A stretch of DNA of 56,840 nucleotides, filler included, from Squatina squatina (GCA_031763465.1; 3 parts of 3 records of this genome joined end to end with filler, not necessarily neighbours in it); one strand, 5' to 3'. Shown: positions 37,025-49,808, counted from the whole stretch's first letter. Program-made: numbers and translations. Notes: generated by a model from the sequence alone, not told the origin.

Positions 37025-37555
37025 NNNNNNNNNNNNNNNNNNNNNNNNNNNNNNNNNNNNNNNNNNNNNNNNNNNNNNNNNNNNNNNNNNNNNNNNNNNN
37101 NNNNNNNNNNNNNNNNNNNNNNNNAAAATTAGCAATATAATTGAAACTTTAGTTTGGGTTGATCTATGAAGGCCCCAGGTTGATTTCAAACTCCAAATGT
37201 ATTTTTGGTGCAAAGTGGTTGGGCCTGACACCAATGCTGCAGTTACAATTTTTAATGCAGTCTGAGTCTGGCATCAGGTACCAACTTGGGACTAGAAGGA
37301 AGCTGAGTGACAGGCACTCCCTCATTTGGGAATAAGAGGGGCCTTGGCACTCAATTTACAGTCCAAGATTAGCACTGGTGCACACTGTTTTCTGCTTAGT
37401 ACAGCTGCTAAACTTGTGGAGTGTGAATGCACCCTCAGACCTCACTGGTGATGTTATGAAATCGAATGGCACAGGACACTAGAAGTAAGTAAAGTGTTCA
37501 AACACTCACTGCTTCCCCATCTCTCGCTATAGCAATTATCTTTGATGCAACTCAC

Positions 37556-38869
37556 CTCAGAGTGTGGATTTTTCCAATTATTCGTTAACTCCCCTCTCCA
37601 TTCTGCCAGAAGCGTGTCAGTATTTGCGGCGTCATTTTGCAACGTTGCTGTATTGTATGGCGCTAAAAAGACGAAATCCCCCTTATTTGATAATTGATNN
37701 NNNNNNNNNNNNNNNNNNNNNNNNNNNNNNNNNNNNNNNNNNNNNNNNNNNNNNNNNNNNNNNNNNNNNNNNNNNNNNNNNNNNNNNNNNNNNNNNNNNN
37801 NNNNNNNNNNNNNNNNNNNNNNNNNNNNNNNNNNNNNNNNNNNNNNNNNNNNNNNNNNNNNNNNNNNNNNNNNNNNNNNNNNNNNNNNNNNNNNNNNNNN
37901 NNNNNNNNNNNNNNNNNNNNNNNNNNNNNNNNNNNNNNNNNNNNNNNNNNNNNNNNNNNNNNNNNNNNNNNNNNNNNNNNNNNNNNNNNNNNNNNNNNNN
38001 NNNNNNNNNNNNNNNNNNNNNNNNNNNNNNNNNNNNNNNNNNNNNNNNNNNNNNNNNNNNNNNNNNNNNNNNNNNNNNNNNNNNNNNNNNNNNNNNNNNN
38101 NNNNNNNNNNNNNNNNNNNNNNNNNNNNNNNNNNNNNNNNNNNNNNNNNNNNNNNNNNNNNNNNNNNNNNNCCCGAACCGTGTCCTACGGTGAACAGGCC
38201 CGAGTCAGTGGCTTGCAGCAATTGGTAGGACAGTCGAGCATTCTGGCCAGAATCTGCATCTACAGCAATCACTTTGGTCACAAGGTAGCCCGGGTCCGCA
38301 GAGCGAGGTAAAGTTATTCCAGAATTGTTCTTGGTCAACGGGGAAATGACTTGAGGGGCGTTATCGTTCTGATCCAGGACGATGACGTTCACAGTCACGT
38401 TGCTGTCGAGTGCAGGGAATCCAGCATCCCGAGCTTGAACGAGGAACTGAAAGTTCTTGAGTTCCTCGTAGTCAAACGAGCGTTGGGAATAGATGGCCCC
38501 GGTGTCTGAGTTGATTGAAGCGTAGGCAGATGCAGGCATGTTATGAATCTGGCTGTTCAGAATCGAATACCTTACGTGTGAATTCTGGTTCTGATCCGGA
38601 TCCACAGCGGAGACGGACCCGATGGAAGAACCAGGAGGGTTGTTCTCGGGGACATAGACTGTATAGGAAAGCTGTGCGAAACGTGGCGCATTATCATTAA
38701 TATCTGAAATTTGAACCAAAATGGTTCTGTTGGTGGGGAGAGGAGGGGATCCTGTATCTGTGCAGACTATGTCAACCGTATATTGAGAAGCCAGCTCTCG
38801 GTCCAGAGTATGACTGGTGGTCAGTGTGTATGTGTTCTTTAAAGAGGCTTTGAGATTAAATGGCAGGTC
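37556..38869 (-). CDS. Clustered protocadherin variable exon I (EC4-EC6, gap over the TM, cytoplasmic end)
   Basis: DLPFNLKASLKNTYTLTTSHTLDRE...RSFDYEE...DADSGQNARLSY. After the sized gap: GDFVFLAPY...NPHSE, then donor GAG|GTGAGT at 37556. Frame is preserved across the gap. Confidence 0.92.
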
Positions 38870-38969
38870 NNNNNNNNNNNNNNNNNNNNNNNNNNNNNNN
38901 NNNNNNNNNNNNNTTAATTAATTAANNNNNNNNNNNNNNNNNNNNNNNNNNNNNNNNNNNNNNNNNNNN
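38870..38969. other. Artificial scaffold spacer (44N + TTAATTAATTAA + 44N)
   Basis: Same construct as 18315-18414. Confidence 0.95.
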
Positions 38970-39048
38970 GAACGCTCCGGGGATCGAGGAGTGATGCCTG
39001 TTAGCTGCACGGCGGCTGGCGATTTGTTTTTTTGTCTGTGAAAAGATG
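38970..39048 (+). other. Candidate 5' exon of the SORBS2-like gene
   Basis: CpG-enriched start of block 3, ending in AAGATG|GTGAGC (good donor) about 2 kb upstream of the first recognisable coding exon. Confidence 0.4.
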
Positions 39049-41056
39049 GTGAGCAATTTGGGCAGTTGAGTGAATGTTGCAGTCGCTGCATTGATTAAAA
39101 AAAAACCTCTTTCTTTTGCATGCTGTCTGTTGCCTTTTTCATATATACTGCAGGGGCGCTGCTTTCCGCAGTGGATACCTTGTAGCAATGCAGGATCCGC
39201 TGATCAGAGAAACAAAGCGACGCAACCTTCAAACCACAATCTCTCCACAGATGCTGCCTGACCTGCTGAGGTTTTACAGCAATTTTTGTTTGTATCTTAA
39301 ATGGCTTCTTGGGATCGAGGTTATGAAACAGTGCTGTGGGTGACTGGGTGTGCATATGGTTCAGGAGGGCGCGCAGTTGATCATTCGCCGAACCTTCGGT
39401 GCCAGTTATGTACGTAAAGTAAGTAATTCTAGGGAAAACCAGGCGTGTGGTGGGGGAAATTGACGGATTATTTTCTTGCGATTTCTGTACGGTTTGTGAT
39501 ACATTTTAACTGTAAATTACAACAGTGACGTTCACCCCATCGGATCAGAGAGAAGCTGCATTCAGACTGCGTCTCCAGATTGCCATAGATCATTGCATTT
39601 CGTATTAACCTCATCACTTTTTTTTTTAACCCCCGTTGCGGAAAAAAATGTTCAATTTGCTGTCGCTTTATTTTGTTTTAATAATCAACGTTCATCGCTG
39701 GGCAGTTGTCTATTGGCACGGTTTATATTTTAGATGTTTTATTATGCGGGCAATACCTGTGGGTGTATGATTAAGTGGGTGAATGTTCGGAAACAAAAAT
39801 GGTACTAAGGAATTGACCGGTTGCTAAACAATTAGTTTACTTAGAATATTGAACAGCTCAAACTTGCACGTGATCTCCGTTTATGATTGTTCTCTTGGTG
39901 AAATGGGTTATAAAGTTCCTCCATAACTAATTTGCCCGCAGACTTGTTTCCTTTGTTTTCTGGAGTATCCGATCTATCCTGGCAGTTAAATCAATTACAA
40001 GCAAGTATTTGAAAAAAATCCCAAATGAAAAGGGAAGGTGATTCTGTTCAAACGTTACATCAAACTAGAGCTTTATGTAATCAGACGGGTATATTGTTTG
40101 GGAAAGGTACAATTTTTTTTGTGCACCTGTCTGTCAGGGCATCAAAGTTCCCATTGTTTTATCTGTCACCATACAAGTCACTTCCACTGGTCAATGCATA
40201 CATGGTTCTTACTTGGTGTGACACTTGAACAGTGTAAATTAGGTAGTTTTAGCAGTTATTTAACTTCCTATGGTACAGGGACTCGAGGCAAAGCAGCAGA
40301 TAGTCAAATAGATGGTTGGTTGCATCTTATGCAATTACCATGCCGCTGGGTAAAATTGCAGGTTAAAGATTATTTCTCCTATGCAGTTTTGGGGCTTTAT
40401 ACAACACTGGAGTAGGAAACGATCCATATGCATCATGGCCTTTTTATGCCTATTACATGATTTGCCCAAAATTGATCAAACTTAAATGGTATGCATATTA
40501 TTTAAAGCTTAAAGAAGACTGCTTGATAAGTAATGTATCTTTTGATCCACATTTCAAATATGTGTATGAACTGGACTCTTCCCTCCATGAGGACTGAAAT
40601 CCAGACAACCTAAAGTTGAGTGCAAAAGCTGAAAAGGTTCAACAGATGCCACTTTGGTAAAATATAATACATTGCCCCATGCTTCAGACTGAAATACACT
40701 ATTTTGTTAATTTTAAAATGTAAAAGCTGCTGGAATGGATGGGGCAGCTGCTGTTTAAGTGAAAGGGTTTCCTTTGAGAGCCAAGTTAGAAATGAATTGT
40801 AAAGCAGATATATTGCAGCAGTTACGAACTGGATACTAAATCCTTTTTTTAAAAAAAAAAATTATGTAAGAATCAAGAATTCTTTTGGTGATTTTTGAGT
40901 TGAGGAATCTGAAGTTGGCCATAACAAAAAGAGGACATCCAGTCCCAAATGTCCTACTCCACAGAATAGGCTTGCAACCAGTCTCAATTGAGGATGTGTT
41001 TTATTGACCGTTTTAATAGTTTGTTTCTTACATGACTTCTTTTCTCTTCCCCACAG

Positions 41057-41226
41057 AGAACCTAAGTTCTTCACAGCAAAGCAAGTCACCTGGTGCAGAT
41101 ATAATGAGCATAGAACCAGTTTACAGAACATCAGAAGAGGAGAAGAAAGTCACGGTAATTAAAGCACCGCATTATGCAGGAATTGGCCCAGTTGATGAAT
41201 CTGGAATACCTGTAGCCATAAGGACG
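41057..41226 (+). CDS. SORBS2: SORBS2-like exon, start of the SoHo domain
   Basis: [37 protein letters not shown] versus human SORBS2 [37 protein letters not shown] (recalled). Acceptor ttccccacag, donor ACG|GTAGGA. Ortholog versus paralog is unresolved. Confidence 0.92.
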
Positions 41227-42179
41227 GTAGGACTTGATTTATCTTTTTCACTCTTTTTCNNNNNNNNNNNNNNNNNNNNNNNNNNNNNNNNNNNNNNNNN
41301 NNNNNNNNNNNNNNNNNNNNNNNNNNNNNNNNNNNNNNNNNNNNNNNNNNNNNNNNNNNTGGAAGCCCTTCTGTTGTAATACTGGGAGCTCTGGACCATG
41401 ATGGAGAATACTGTTTGCACATGTGTCTGATCTTTAAAAAGTTGGCATTAGCAACAAAGTGAAGCATTTTAAATCCTGTTCTCTGTGCTTCCCGCAGTAC
41501 ATTTATGGTAACATGTGTCGATTGTGAAATGGCTTTGAAACAAAATCCCCCAATATTAGAACTGCTCAGATCTTTTATCCGTCTCTGTGTATCAGGAAGA
41601 TATAGTCACTTCTTCACCATGCAGCCTGTGCCCAGCTACTTCAAATATTGCTCTTATTTTACTGAATTGTTTCTTTACTGTAGTTAGTGGCCTGCTATGT
41701 TCCATGTTTGATATAATGGCTAGAAATTATGCCTTTTAATTTTCTTTGTTTTGTAAAACAAGTGAGCTGTTGGCTTCTAACTGATATGCGGACCAATAAA
41801 TTGTGAACATCGATGGCTGTAATACCAAACTGGCAAGCGCATGTCCAAGGAGGTGGGCAATGGATGTAAATGTAAAGTGTGTGAATTAGAACTGAGTGGA
41901 TTTATTCACTGATAATTTAGCGAATTAGTAGGTCAGCATCACATATAAGCTTGTGAGGGATCTCTCGTTCCCCCAAGTGTGAGAGACACAAAGAAAGTGA
42001 AAGAAAATCTAGAAGTATGCAGTCTGAACCAGTTAGTGTCAGTTTAGTAAGGATCCATCATGATGGCAAGCTAGTGGTCTCCGATTTATAGGAATGAAAG
42101 GAAAACTACTAGCCCAATTCCATCAGTACCGATGCTGGCAGTAAAACCACTTTCAACATTCCTTTTTATTTTTTAACAG

Positions 42180-42227
42180 ATGATGATACAGATGCATTCA
42201 ATGCTACATATGCATATGTTTATCCTG
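42180..42227 (+). CDS. SORBS2: SORBS2-like 48-nt exon (D)DDTDAFNATYAYVYP
   Basis: Acceptor tttttattttttaacag and donor G|GTAAGA. Matches SORBS2 DDDTDMYNTPYTYNA. Phase 1-1. Confidence 0.88.
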
Positions 42228-44328
42228 GTAAGAATTTTATATGTTTTGTTTTTAGATCTCAAATTAAACTAGAAAACAGTTGTTCCCAATTGGACCGCAC
42301 TGCACTATCCACCCATGAAATATTACTGGTATCCTCTCTGTCTTCATCCAGCAAGCCCACATTGCTAATCTCCACTTAATTGACTGTACACAGGCCACAA
42401 CCCCTTTAATGACCCCTGCCCCATGTTTGATGGCCAACTGAAGCATTGAAGGTGGTGACAATTATCGTCACTCCCAACACCACAACATATTGAAAGCAAC
42501 TGTCCTTACTACCATTTCCTACATTTGAATGACTACCCTTTTCCATCCAGCCCATCACTCAAGATGAATTCGCTACCATCTGATGTCCCCCAGGGGCTTT
42601 ATACTCCATTAAATGATGTCTCCAGTAATAAAAGATCAACCAAAGTTGCAGATTTCTTCCTTAATTCCAAATGGAAATCCAAAAAGAACTTTAACTCAGC
42701 CAATAATTCAGACATTAATGGTGCACTAACCAGGATAAAAAGTCCCATACTATTATCCATAACAATCTGGTCACTACCTTAATTCATTAGTTCATCCTAC
42801 TGACTTGGTGATGATTTTTCACATAAGTGCTTTTCTTTCGTGGTATGTATTTCTCAACCCACCAGCCGCATTTTACCAAAAAGGGCAAGTAGGCAACTAA
42901 GCCTTTGACAGTATAAACATGAAAAGCTGCAAATGCTTGTAATCTGATATAAAAACACAAATTGCAGGAAGTATACAGCAGGTCAGCCGGTTCCCGAAAA
43001 GAGAAATGATGCAATCTCTGAAGTGTGACCTAACAGCTGACAAATCTGACCAGGAAAGGTGTCATTGAAGATACTTTACAAAAACTTTCCATCTACTATT
43101 TGGGTCATAAATCCTTGCTAAGAAAGTTGCATAGGGATAGGGAGAATCTGGGTGTGTGTTCTATAATTTAAAAGTAAACTCTGCAAAAAATCCTTTTATG
43201 TTTACATGCCGAAGGGTGCAATGACTCGATCAGCAATGCANNNNNNNNNNNNNNNNNNNNNNNNNNNNNNNNNNNNNNNNNNNNNNNNNNNNNNNNNNNN
43301 NNNNNNNNNNNNNNNNNNNNNNNNNNNNNNNNNNNNNNNNNNNNNNNNNNNNNNNNNNNNNNNNNNNNNNNNNNNNNNNNNNNNNNNNNNNNNNNNNNNN
43401 NNNNNNNNNNNNNNNNNNNNNNNNNNNNNNNNNNNNNNNNNNNNNNNNNNNNNNNNNNNNNNNNNNNNNNNNNNNNNNNNNNNNNNNNNNNNNNNNNNNN
43501 NNNNNNNNNNNNNNNNNNNNNNNNNNNNNNNNNNNNNNNNNNNNNNNNNNNNNNNNAGTCCTTGTTTATCATTACAAATAAAACAACACTATAAAATCAG
43601 AATAAAGCACAAACAGATTTGGAAGAAGAGATGGGAGTGGAGGAGTGGTTATTAAAAGCATTTGTTTCTGGCTCAGGTAGAAACTTACCCTGCCCAATAT
43701 GCCAACGCTTTGTCTTCAGGTATTACATTTCATTACTCATCCAAGCATGAAAAGCTTACAGAAAACAGATATTTCAGCTGTATGTGCCTTGCTCATTATA
43801 TGAAATATCTTTCATCTTTGACTTTTTCTTTCATGTTCTAATTACACTGAATTGGTAATTCAATGAGATTTGGGTGCCGCAGTGGCTTCGCACACTGACC
43901 TTTTCACCTCTGGGACCTGCCTTTGAATCCAGTACAGACAGATGGGACGAGAGTCTCTTTGTGATGGCTATAAGGGGCTTACATGAACTGGGTTTGAGCA
44001 GTCTGAACCAATTTCTTAGTGGGTGTGGGCATACAGCACAAAGCTGCAATCATTGGCATTCAGTCTCACTCAGAGGCCACAAAGATGTTGTGGAAAATGG
44101 AAACGTCATGCAGGTACAGCAGAAAGTAACATTCTGAGATCAAGTACCAATGCTCGTAAACTGACAGAGTTGAAGAGAATTTAAACTACAGTAGAGCTCT
44201 CCCAATAGCCGAATGGGTAAGTACACCGTGTGGAGTGGTATTAAGCCATAGTTTTGGTGCCCTCTTTTCTGCTGGCTGATTGTGGTCTCTGTTCTGAAAT
44301 GTAATTTCTATGTTTTTCTCCTTTTAGT

Positions 44329-44347
44329 CTCTCTCTCTCTCTCTCTC
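44329..44347. repeat. (CT)n microsatellite
   Basis: tctctctctctctctctctc run. Confidence 0.8.
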
Positions 44348-44499
44348 GTTACTGGATATGGTTCCACAGAGGCTGGCAGCCCTCCAGCACTTCACCCAAG
44401 CAGCCACTCTTTGCGTAAACCTGGACTGAGTGTTGCTCGTCCACTTGACCATAGGGAGCATAATCAGCAAGTATAATTTCTACTGGCCCAACATGCACT

Positions 44500-44710
44500 T
44501 GCCAGCAGCAGTGAGTGGCAATCAGAAGCAAGTCCCTGCCCCCTTTTCCCCTTCTTCCCTTTCCTTGTCCAGAGACACAAGCCAAGATATTCTCTTCACT
44601 GCTGCTCCAGCTGAGATCAGCTAACGTAGCACAGACTAGATATCTAGCCTGGGTCCTTCCTGGTCTCTCGGACTGCATATCGTAGCAAACAGTGCACTTG
44701 ACCAGTGGAA
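44500..44710 (-). mobile_element. tRNA-derived SINE (LF-SINE-like head), degenerate
   Basis: The reverse strand reads gaccaggaaggacccagg...gtctgtgct..gttagctgatctcagctgg, a common shark SINE head. The family assignment is from memory. Confidence 0.5.
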
Positions 44711-45469
44711 AATGGGTTAGGGACTTCAATGTAAATATCACTGACAGAGCATGTCCGAACAAGCTTGTTTTAAATAAATGAGTTAACAACTGCATTTAAA
44801 TAGGCATAAAATGATGTTTTTAAGCAGTGTACATTAAACCCCTTAGTGTGTAGCCCAGCTGTCTCTGATCCTGGCAGGCATTTGATAATTTTGACTGGGC
44901 TTCTTTTTGTCTCAGTGTCTCCCTCCTATGGTTCATTCCATATTTTCTTTAGGCAAGCAGTTTCTCTTATTTGGACTATATTTCCATAGTTTTACAATGC
45001 TCGGGTTACTTGTCTTATGTCATTGTTTCCTGTCTATAATTCTGGTTAAATCTTTGGCCCAGGACTACTTTGTTTGGAAGATATTGGATGAAATGGACTA
45101 TGGTTCTTCAGTGTTCCAACTTTAAGCAAAAGCAGCTTTCTAATCGACAAAGCTGCTTTCACTAAAGGAACAGAAATCCATCACAGAGCTTAGTGGCTCA
45201 TGTTTACTATTGTTGTAAGACACGCCTGAAAATTAATAACCTGTCTAATGTGTTTCATTAGAGGACTTCACTTATATAATCCTCAGCAACAACATTAAGC
45301 TCTCTTCAATTACAAGCATTGTTTTGGATATAATGAGGATAAACAAGTGGCAACGATAAGAGGAATAGCTGGTAGAAATGTAGGTGTCCTCAGGAAAACT
45401 CTATTCTACTTGCTTCCCACAACAATTTTAATGTTCCTTAAAAAGAAAGGGTTATCAAATTAAAATGAT

Positions 45470-45732
45470 CATTAAGAGTGTGAAAAAAGGTTAGGAAATA
45501 TTCCTTTACACAAAGGGTTGTTGGAGCATGGAATATTTTGTCACAGGGAGTGGTTGAGGCATAGACCATTGCATCTAGTAAGGGAAAATTGAATAATTAT
45601 TTAAAGCAGAGGAAGATGCAAGGCTATGGGGAGAGCAGGGCAGTGGGATTAGTTTTGGATTGTTCCAGCACACATATGAAGGGCTGAATGGCCTCCTTCT
45701 TTGCTGTAAACATTTATGGTTCCGTGATTCTA
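45470..45732 (+). mobile_element. Degenerate CR1 LINE 3' end
   Basis: acacaaagggttgttggagcatggaa...ggctatggggagagc...gggctgaatggcctccttct. Confidence 0.7.
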
Positions 45733-46004
45733 AGATGGTGAATGGTCAAATTTCCATGAAGATTCTCCGATCGTCCATTGTAACTTCAGCCGGAGTTCCA
45801 AGGAAACCCCAGAGAAATGATGTAGACAGCATTTAGAGCATGTCCCTAGAGTATCTGCTGATCTTCCACCAAAGTGCTAAAGTTCCGGAAGACAATTAGA
45901 AAAATCTGTGAATGTTCACCCTCTATATGTCTAGTGATTCAATATTCCTGTCTGAGGGGGAAAAAAATGATTATTTGGTTATAAACTAAGTACCGTATGA
46001 CACA

Positions 46005-46750
46005 ATGGGGCGTAAACTGTGGTCGGAGGCTTGCCTTCGAACCGCAAGAAAAGTATACACGTACCTGATTGCTCCAGACCATCGAACTCATGCACTCCTG
46101 GGTCTGCAGGTGTACGCCTGCGTAAAGGCCCACATATCCCAGGGGCACATGCGGTTCACAAGCCTCCCTGTGATCACGTGAACCAGGCCAACCAATCAAA
46201 AGGGGATTACCATTATACTTAAAAGGATTCCATTTGTGTATGGAATCCCCATAAGCATATTAAGAATGACATAAAAAACACTTCCACAACACTGGAATAA
46301 AAATAAATCATCACATATTAAAAATTAGTTAACATAAAATTTAATTAAACATTTAAAACAAAAATCTAATTTTTAGAAAAATAAATGTAAATATTTTTAA
46401 AAGGGCCAAAAATAACCTAAACTAATTTTAAAGGTTTTTGAATGAAAGATCACTTAAAAAAATTATTTTAATTATTTATTTAAACCCTTATGCTGGTTAA
46501 AAAAAAAAGGCCTTACGCCTGCTTTTCCTAGGCCTAAGGGTTTGGTGGGTATTTGCTGGGCAGCAGTTGCGCAAATAGTTGAAGCCTGCAACGAGCAAAA
46601 GTGAATTTACAGTGGATACGTGCGATCTGTCACACAGGAACTTGACAGGTTGCAAGTTCCGGGCTTTCGAGCGTTGCGCACCGCATGTGGAAGCCCGGAA
46701 CTTGCAGAGCACTGGCCTATGCCGTCATAGGCCCTGTAAAATCCAGGCCC
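46005..46750. mobile_element. MITE-like element related to the 14323/49070 family
   Basis: GGGGC- and -GGCCC termini, GC-rich subtermini (cggaggctt.cc, gcaagttccgggc) and an AT-rich core. Confidence 0.5.
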
Positions 46751-47679
46751 AGTAGTCCTTATAACCAGAAAGGTTTACAGCACGGACAATGACCATTCAG
46801 TCTACTGGGGTGCCTTTTTCACCTGCTCGCCACTCACATGAAGAACGGGCTGCAAACAGGATAATCGGGACGAACCTCGGTTAACCTTTGGCCCCCCCCC
46901 AAGGCAATTTTCAGGCAGGCCTGTAAATAGGCGCACAGCACTCCTGCCTGTTTCCGGTGGGAAGCTATGTAAATATGTAAAGAGGGGCTGAATGCCACTG
47001 CAGAAGCCCAATTGCAATGATAAGGTACAAGTGGGCAGATTGTGCACTGCACATGCTCCGCCCATTTGTAACAGGCGGTCAAACCAGCGGCTCTTACAAG
47101 GGCGCTCCACAAAATGCCTTCCAAACAGTTTTTCTCTTATTTTTCTGTGGCCAGCAGGAATGCTCCTCTTGACTCTATAAAATTGCTGCAGGCCACTGCT
47201 GGCCCTCTGGGACTAATACCAGCCCGCGCCCGCCCGCACCCCTGCCCAAGCCTGACTCTAGGAGCTGGCCAATTTCCTGCCCTCACAGAACTGGTAAACT
47301 TTACCTTACCAGCAGAATGGAAATAAGACCTGAGCCTCTAATAGTTCGGGCTTCCCATTGGCAAGAATGGACGTGCAGCAGGCATGCTCTATCAGCTGCC
47401 CATCCTATTTCTGCTGGTTAGTTAAGATATGCCATAGTACCTCTAAATACTTGCTCCTTCAACCAACCATCAATAATGGATTTTCTTTTCTATGGCTGTA
47501 ATGGTATTTGTAATTGATAAGGCCATCACTCCTCTTTTCCTCCTCTATTTCTCCTGAAAATTTTATAGGCAGGAATATTTAGTTCAATTTTCACCTGGAC
47601 ACACCTGCATGATGTGCTGCTGATCATCACATATTAGTTACATATTAGTAGAGTTTTTGACTTATGAAGGTAGTAACAT

Positions 47680-48832
47680 TGGGCTGATTTTTTACCTTTG
47701 CGTGTGGATGGCAGCTATTGGGGGTGGGGGGCCATTGATTGCATTGGGAACCCAAAGGTTGGAGAGGTGCATTTTGCAGTGGCTTTTTAACAAAGCCATT
47801 GCAACTGAATCAGACTTCCGGGCTTCCCAACCAATTAACTGGAGCTGGTCCAATGATGTCACGGATGACTCGACTTCAGCTGAGGTATTTAAAGGAGCAA
47901 TGGTCAAATGTCACTTGGAGGTTGGTGGAGGTGGAAGCTAGATTGTGACAGAGGGGAATTGTTTGCGCTATAATATTTTGATAATGCTAAATCTTTAATT
48001 ATGCAGTCAAAGACAGAAAGAAGCCCCCAGATTTAGTGAAGCCTCCTTGGAGATAATACTCCAAGGAGTCAGGGCCCACAGGGACATCCTCTACCCTGCT
48101 GATGGGAGGAAGAGGCTAGCAGCTCTGACAAAAAAAATGCATGGCTGGAGATTGCAGAAGAAGTGAGCAGCATGAGTATTGTTGCCAGGACTTGGATCAC
48201 TGTTGGAAATGCTTTAATGACCTCATGCGGCCAGGAAAGGTGAGTACAATGCCACTTTGCGCTAAATCCTGATGTATGCATCACCCCAACCCCTTCACTT
48301 TGTCCTCCCAAACCTTATCCTGCACATTGCTCTTCACACCAACCTACCTTGCAGGTGCAGCTATCCCTCCCTGACGATGCACCCACTCACATCCATATTT
48401 GACAATCTACCACTGAAACTAATCCTCACCCGAATACAATCATAGAAATTAATGCAAGAGAAGGAGGCCATTTAGCAATGTCACACCACTCCCTCATAGT
48501 CACTCTCCACAGATGTTGCTCATCCATTCCTTAAACTCATTCCATGACACTCACTCAAAGGTCTCTAGTTTCCCTCCTTGCAGGAGAACACAAAACACCT
48601 GCGAGAGGCAAAGACCTGGAGGTGGCCCTCCAGTGACAACACCGCTGACTGCAGCAGAGGAGTCGGCGCTGGAGATCAGCAGAGTTGCGGAGCTGCTGGC
48701 GGTGGGAGATGGAGAGAGGGGGACATCCCAGCGATTGGTGACAGAGTTAAATATTATACAGCCACATAGCATACAACAGTCACTCGTGGTGATTTGATGT
48801 CAGCAGCCAGTGAAATATGATCATGTGCATAA
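47680..48832 (+). mobile_element. PIF/Harbinger transposon remnant with a decayed Myb/SANT-like gene
   Basis: About 48012-48239: APRFSEASLEIILQGVRAHRDILYPADGRKR...AWLEIAEEVSS...CWKCFNDLMRPGK|GTGAG, frameshifted. Then a C-rich intron. About 48584-48745: RERQRPGGGPPVTTPLTAAEESALEI. Positions 1-200 of the window resemble the same intron. Confidence 0.8.
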
Positions 48833-49069
48833 NNNNNNNNNNNNNNNNNNNNNNNNNNNNNNNNNNNNNNNNNNNNNNNNNNNNNNNNNNNNNNNNNNNN
48901 NNNNNNNNNNNNNNNNNNNNNNNNNNNNNNNNAGCAAAGGAGGAGACCACTCCACTTATGGAATTTTGAAAATAATCTCTGACAGAATTATTGAAATACT
49001 GAAAGTGAAGCTTTTTGCACGAAAATAGAAGCAGTTTTAGGAAAATGAACTCAGTTAATGGTACAGAAA

Positions 49070-49808
49070 AGAGCCCCGAAATTTTGCGATCTCCCCGGGT
49101 GGGAATGATGTTCCCGCTCACATTGCAAAAGCCGGTTATGGGGCTGTTCATCCTAATCCCGCATAACCGGCATTTGTGATCTGTCCAGAAACTTCTTGTC
49201 CGATCCAACACTTAGGCTGCGGAGCTGATCCCCAGTGCTGAGCTTTGCAATATTTTTGCAAAACTTTCGCTGGAGATCTCTTCAAATTTTTTATGCTTGG
49301 TAAAACCTAGCGTATCTGCTTGGTTTTACTGGCGGAAGAAATTAAAAAAAATAAATAAATAAAAAAATTAAATTCCAAAAAATTCATGGGCATTACTTTA
49401 AAACCATTCCCAGTAAAGTAAGTATATTTTTAAGCATTTTATAAAAAATGTCTTATTTATCTCCTTTATTAAATTTTAATGTTAGAATAGTTTTAAGAAT
49501 GTTTTGTGATGTGTTTGTGTTTTTCATCTTTTATTGAAGTTTTGACAGATCTTGACCGCTTCGGACTGTCAAAACTGCAATAAAAGATACACGTACCTGA
49601 TTAGCTGGGGCCTCCCATGTGACCTCTCGAGTCTCTTCGCTCCACTTGCCCGGGAAACTAGAGAGCCCCGTGCCGAATCTCCAACTCGGCGGGTGAGTGC
49701 TGAATATCACAAGGTCACGTGGATCCAGGACCCTTGGGTAAGTGCGTTGAGATAATTGCAATCGGAGGCACCCGCACGCAGGAAGCCTCCGATCGCAAGT
49801 TCAGGGCC
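49070..49808. mobile_element. Apparently complete MITE with imperfect terminal inverted repeats
   Basis: Left end gccccgaaattttgcgatc versus right end gatcgcaagttcagggcc (reverse complement ggccctgaacttgcgatc). No transposase ORF. Confidence 0.65.

Noticed and set aside
39238-39297. Structured-looking segment near the SORBS 5' end
   Set aside because: ctctccacagatgctgcctgacctgctgag is a very common shark interspersed-repeat end, and no ribozyme core is retained here.
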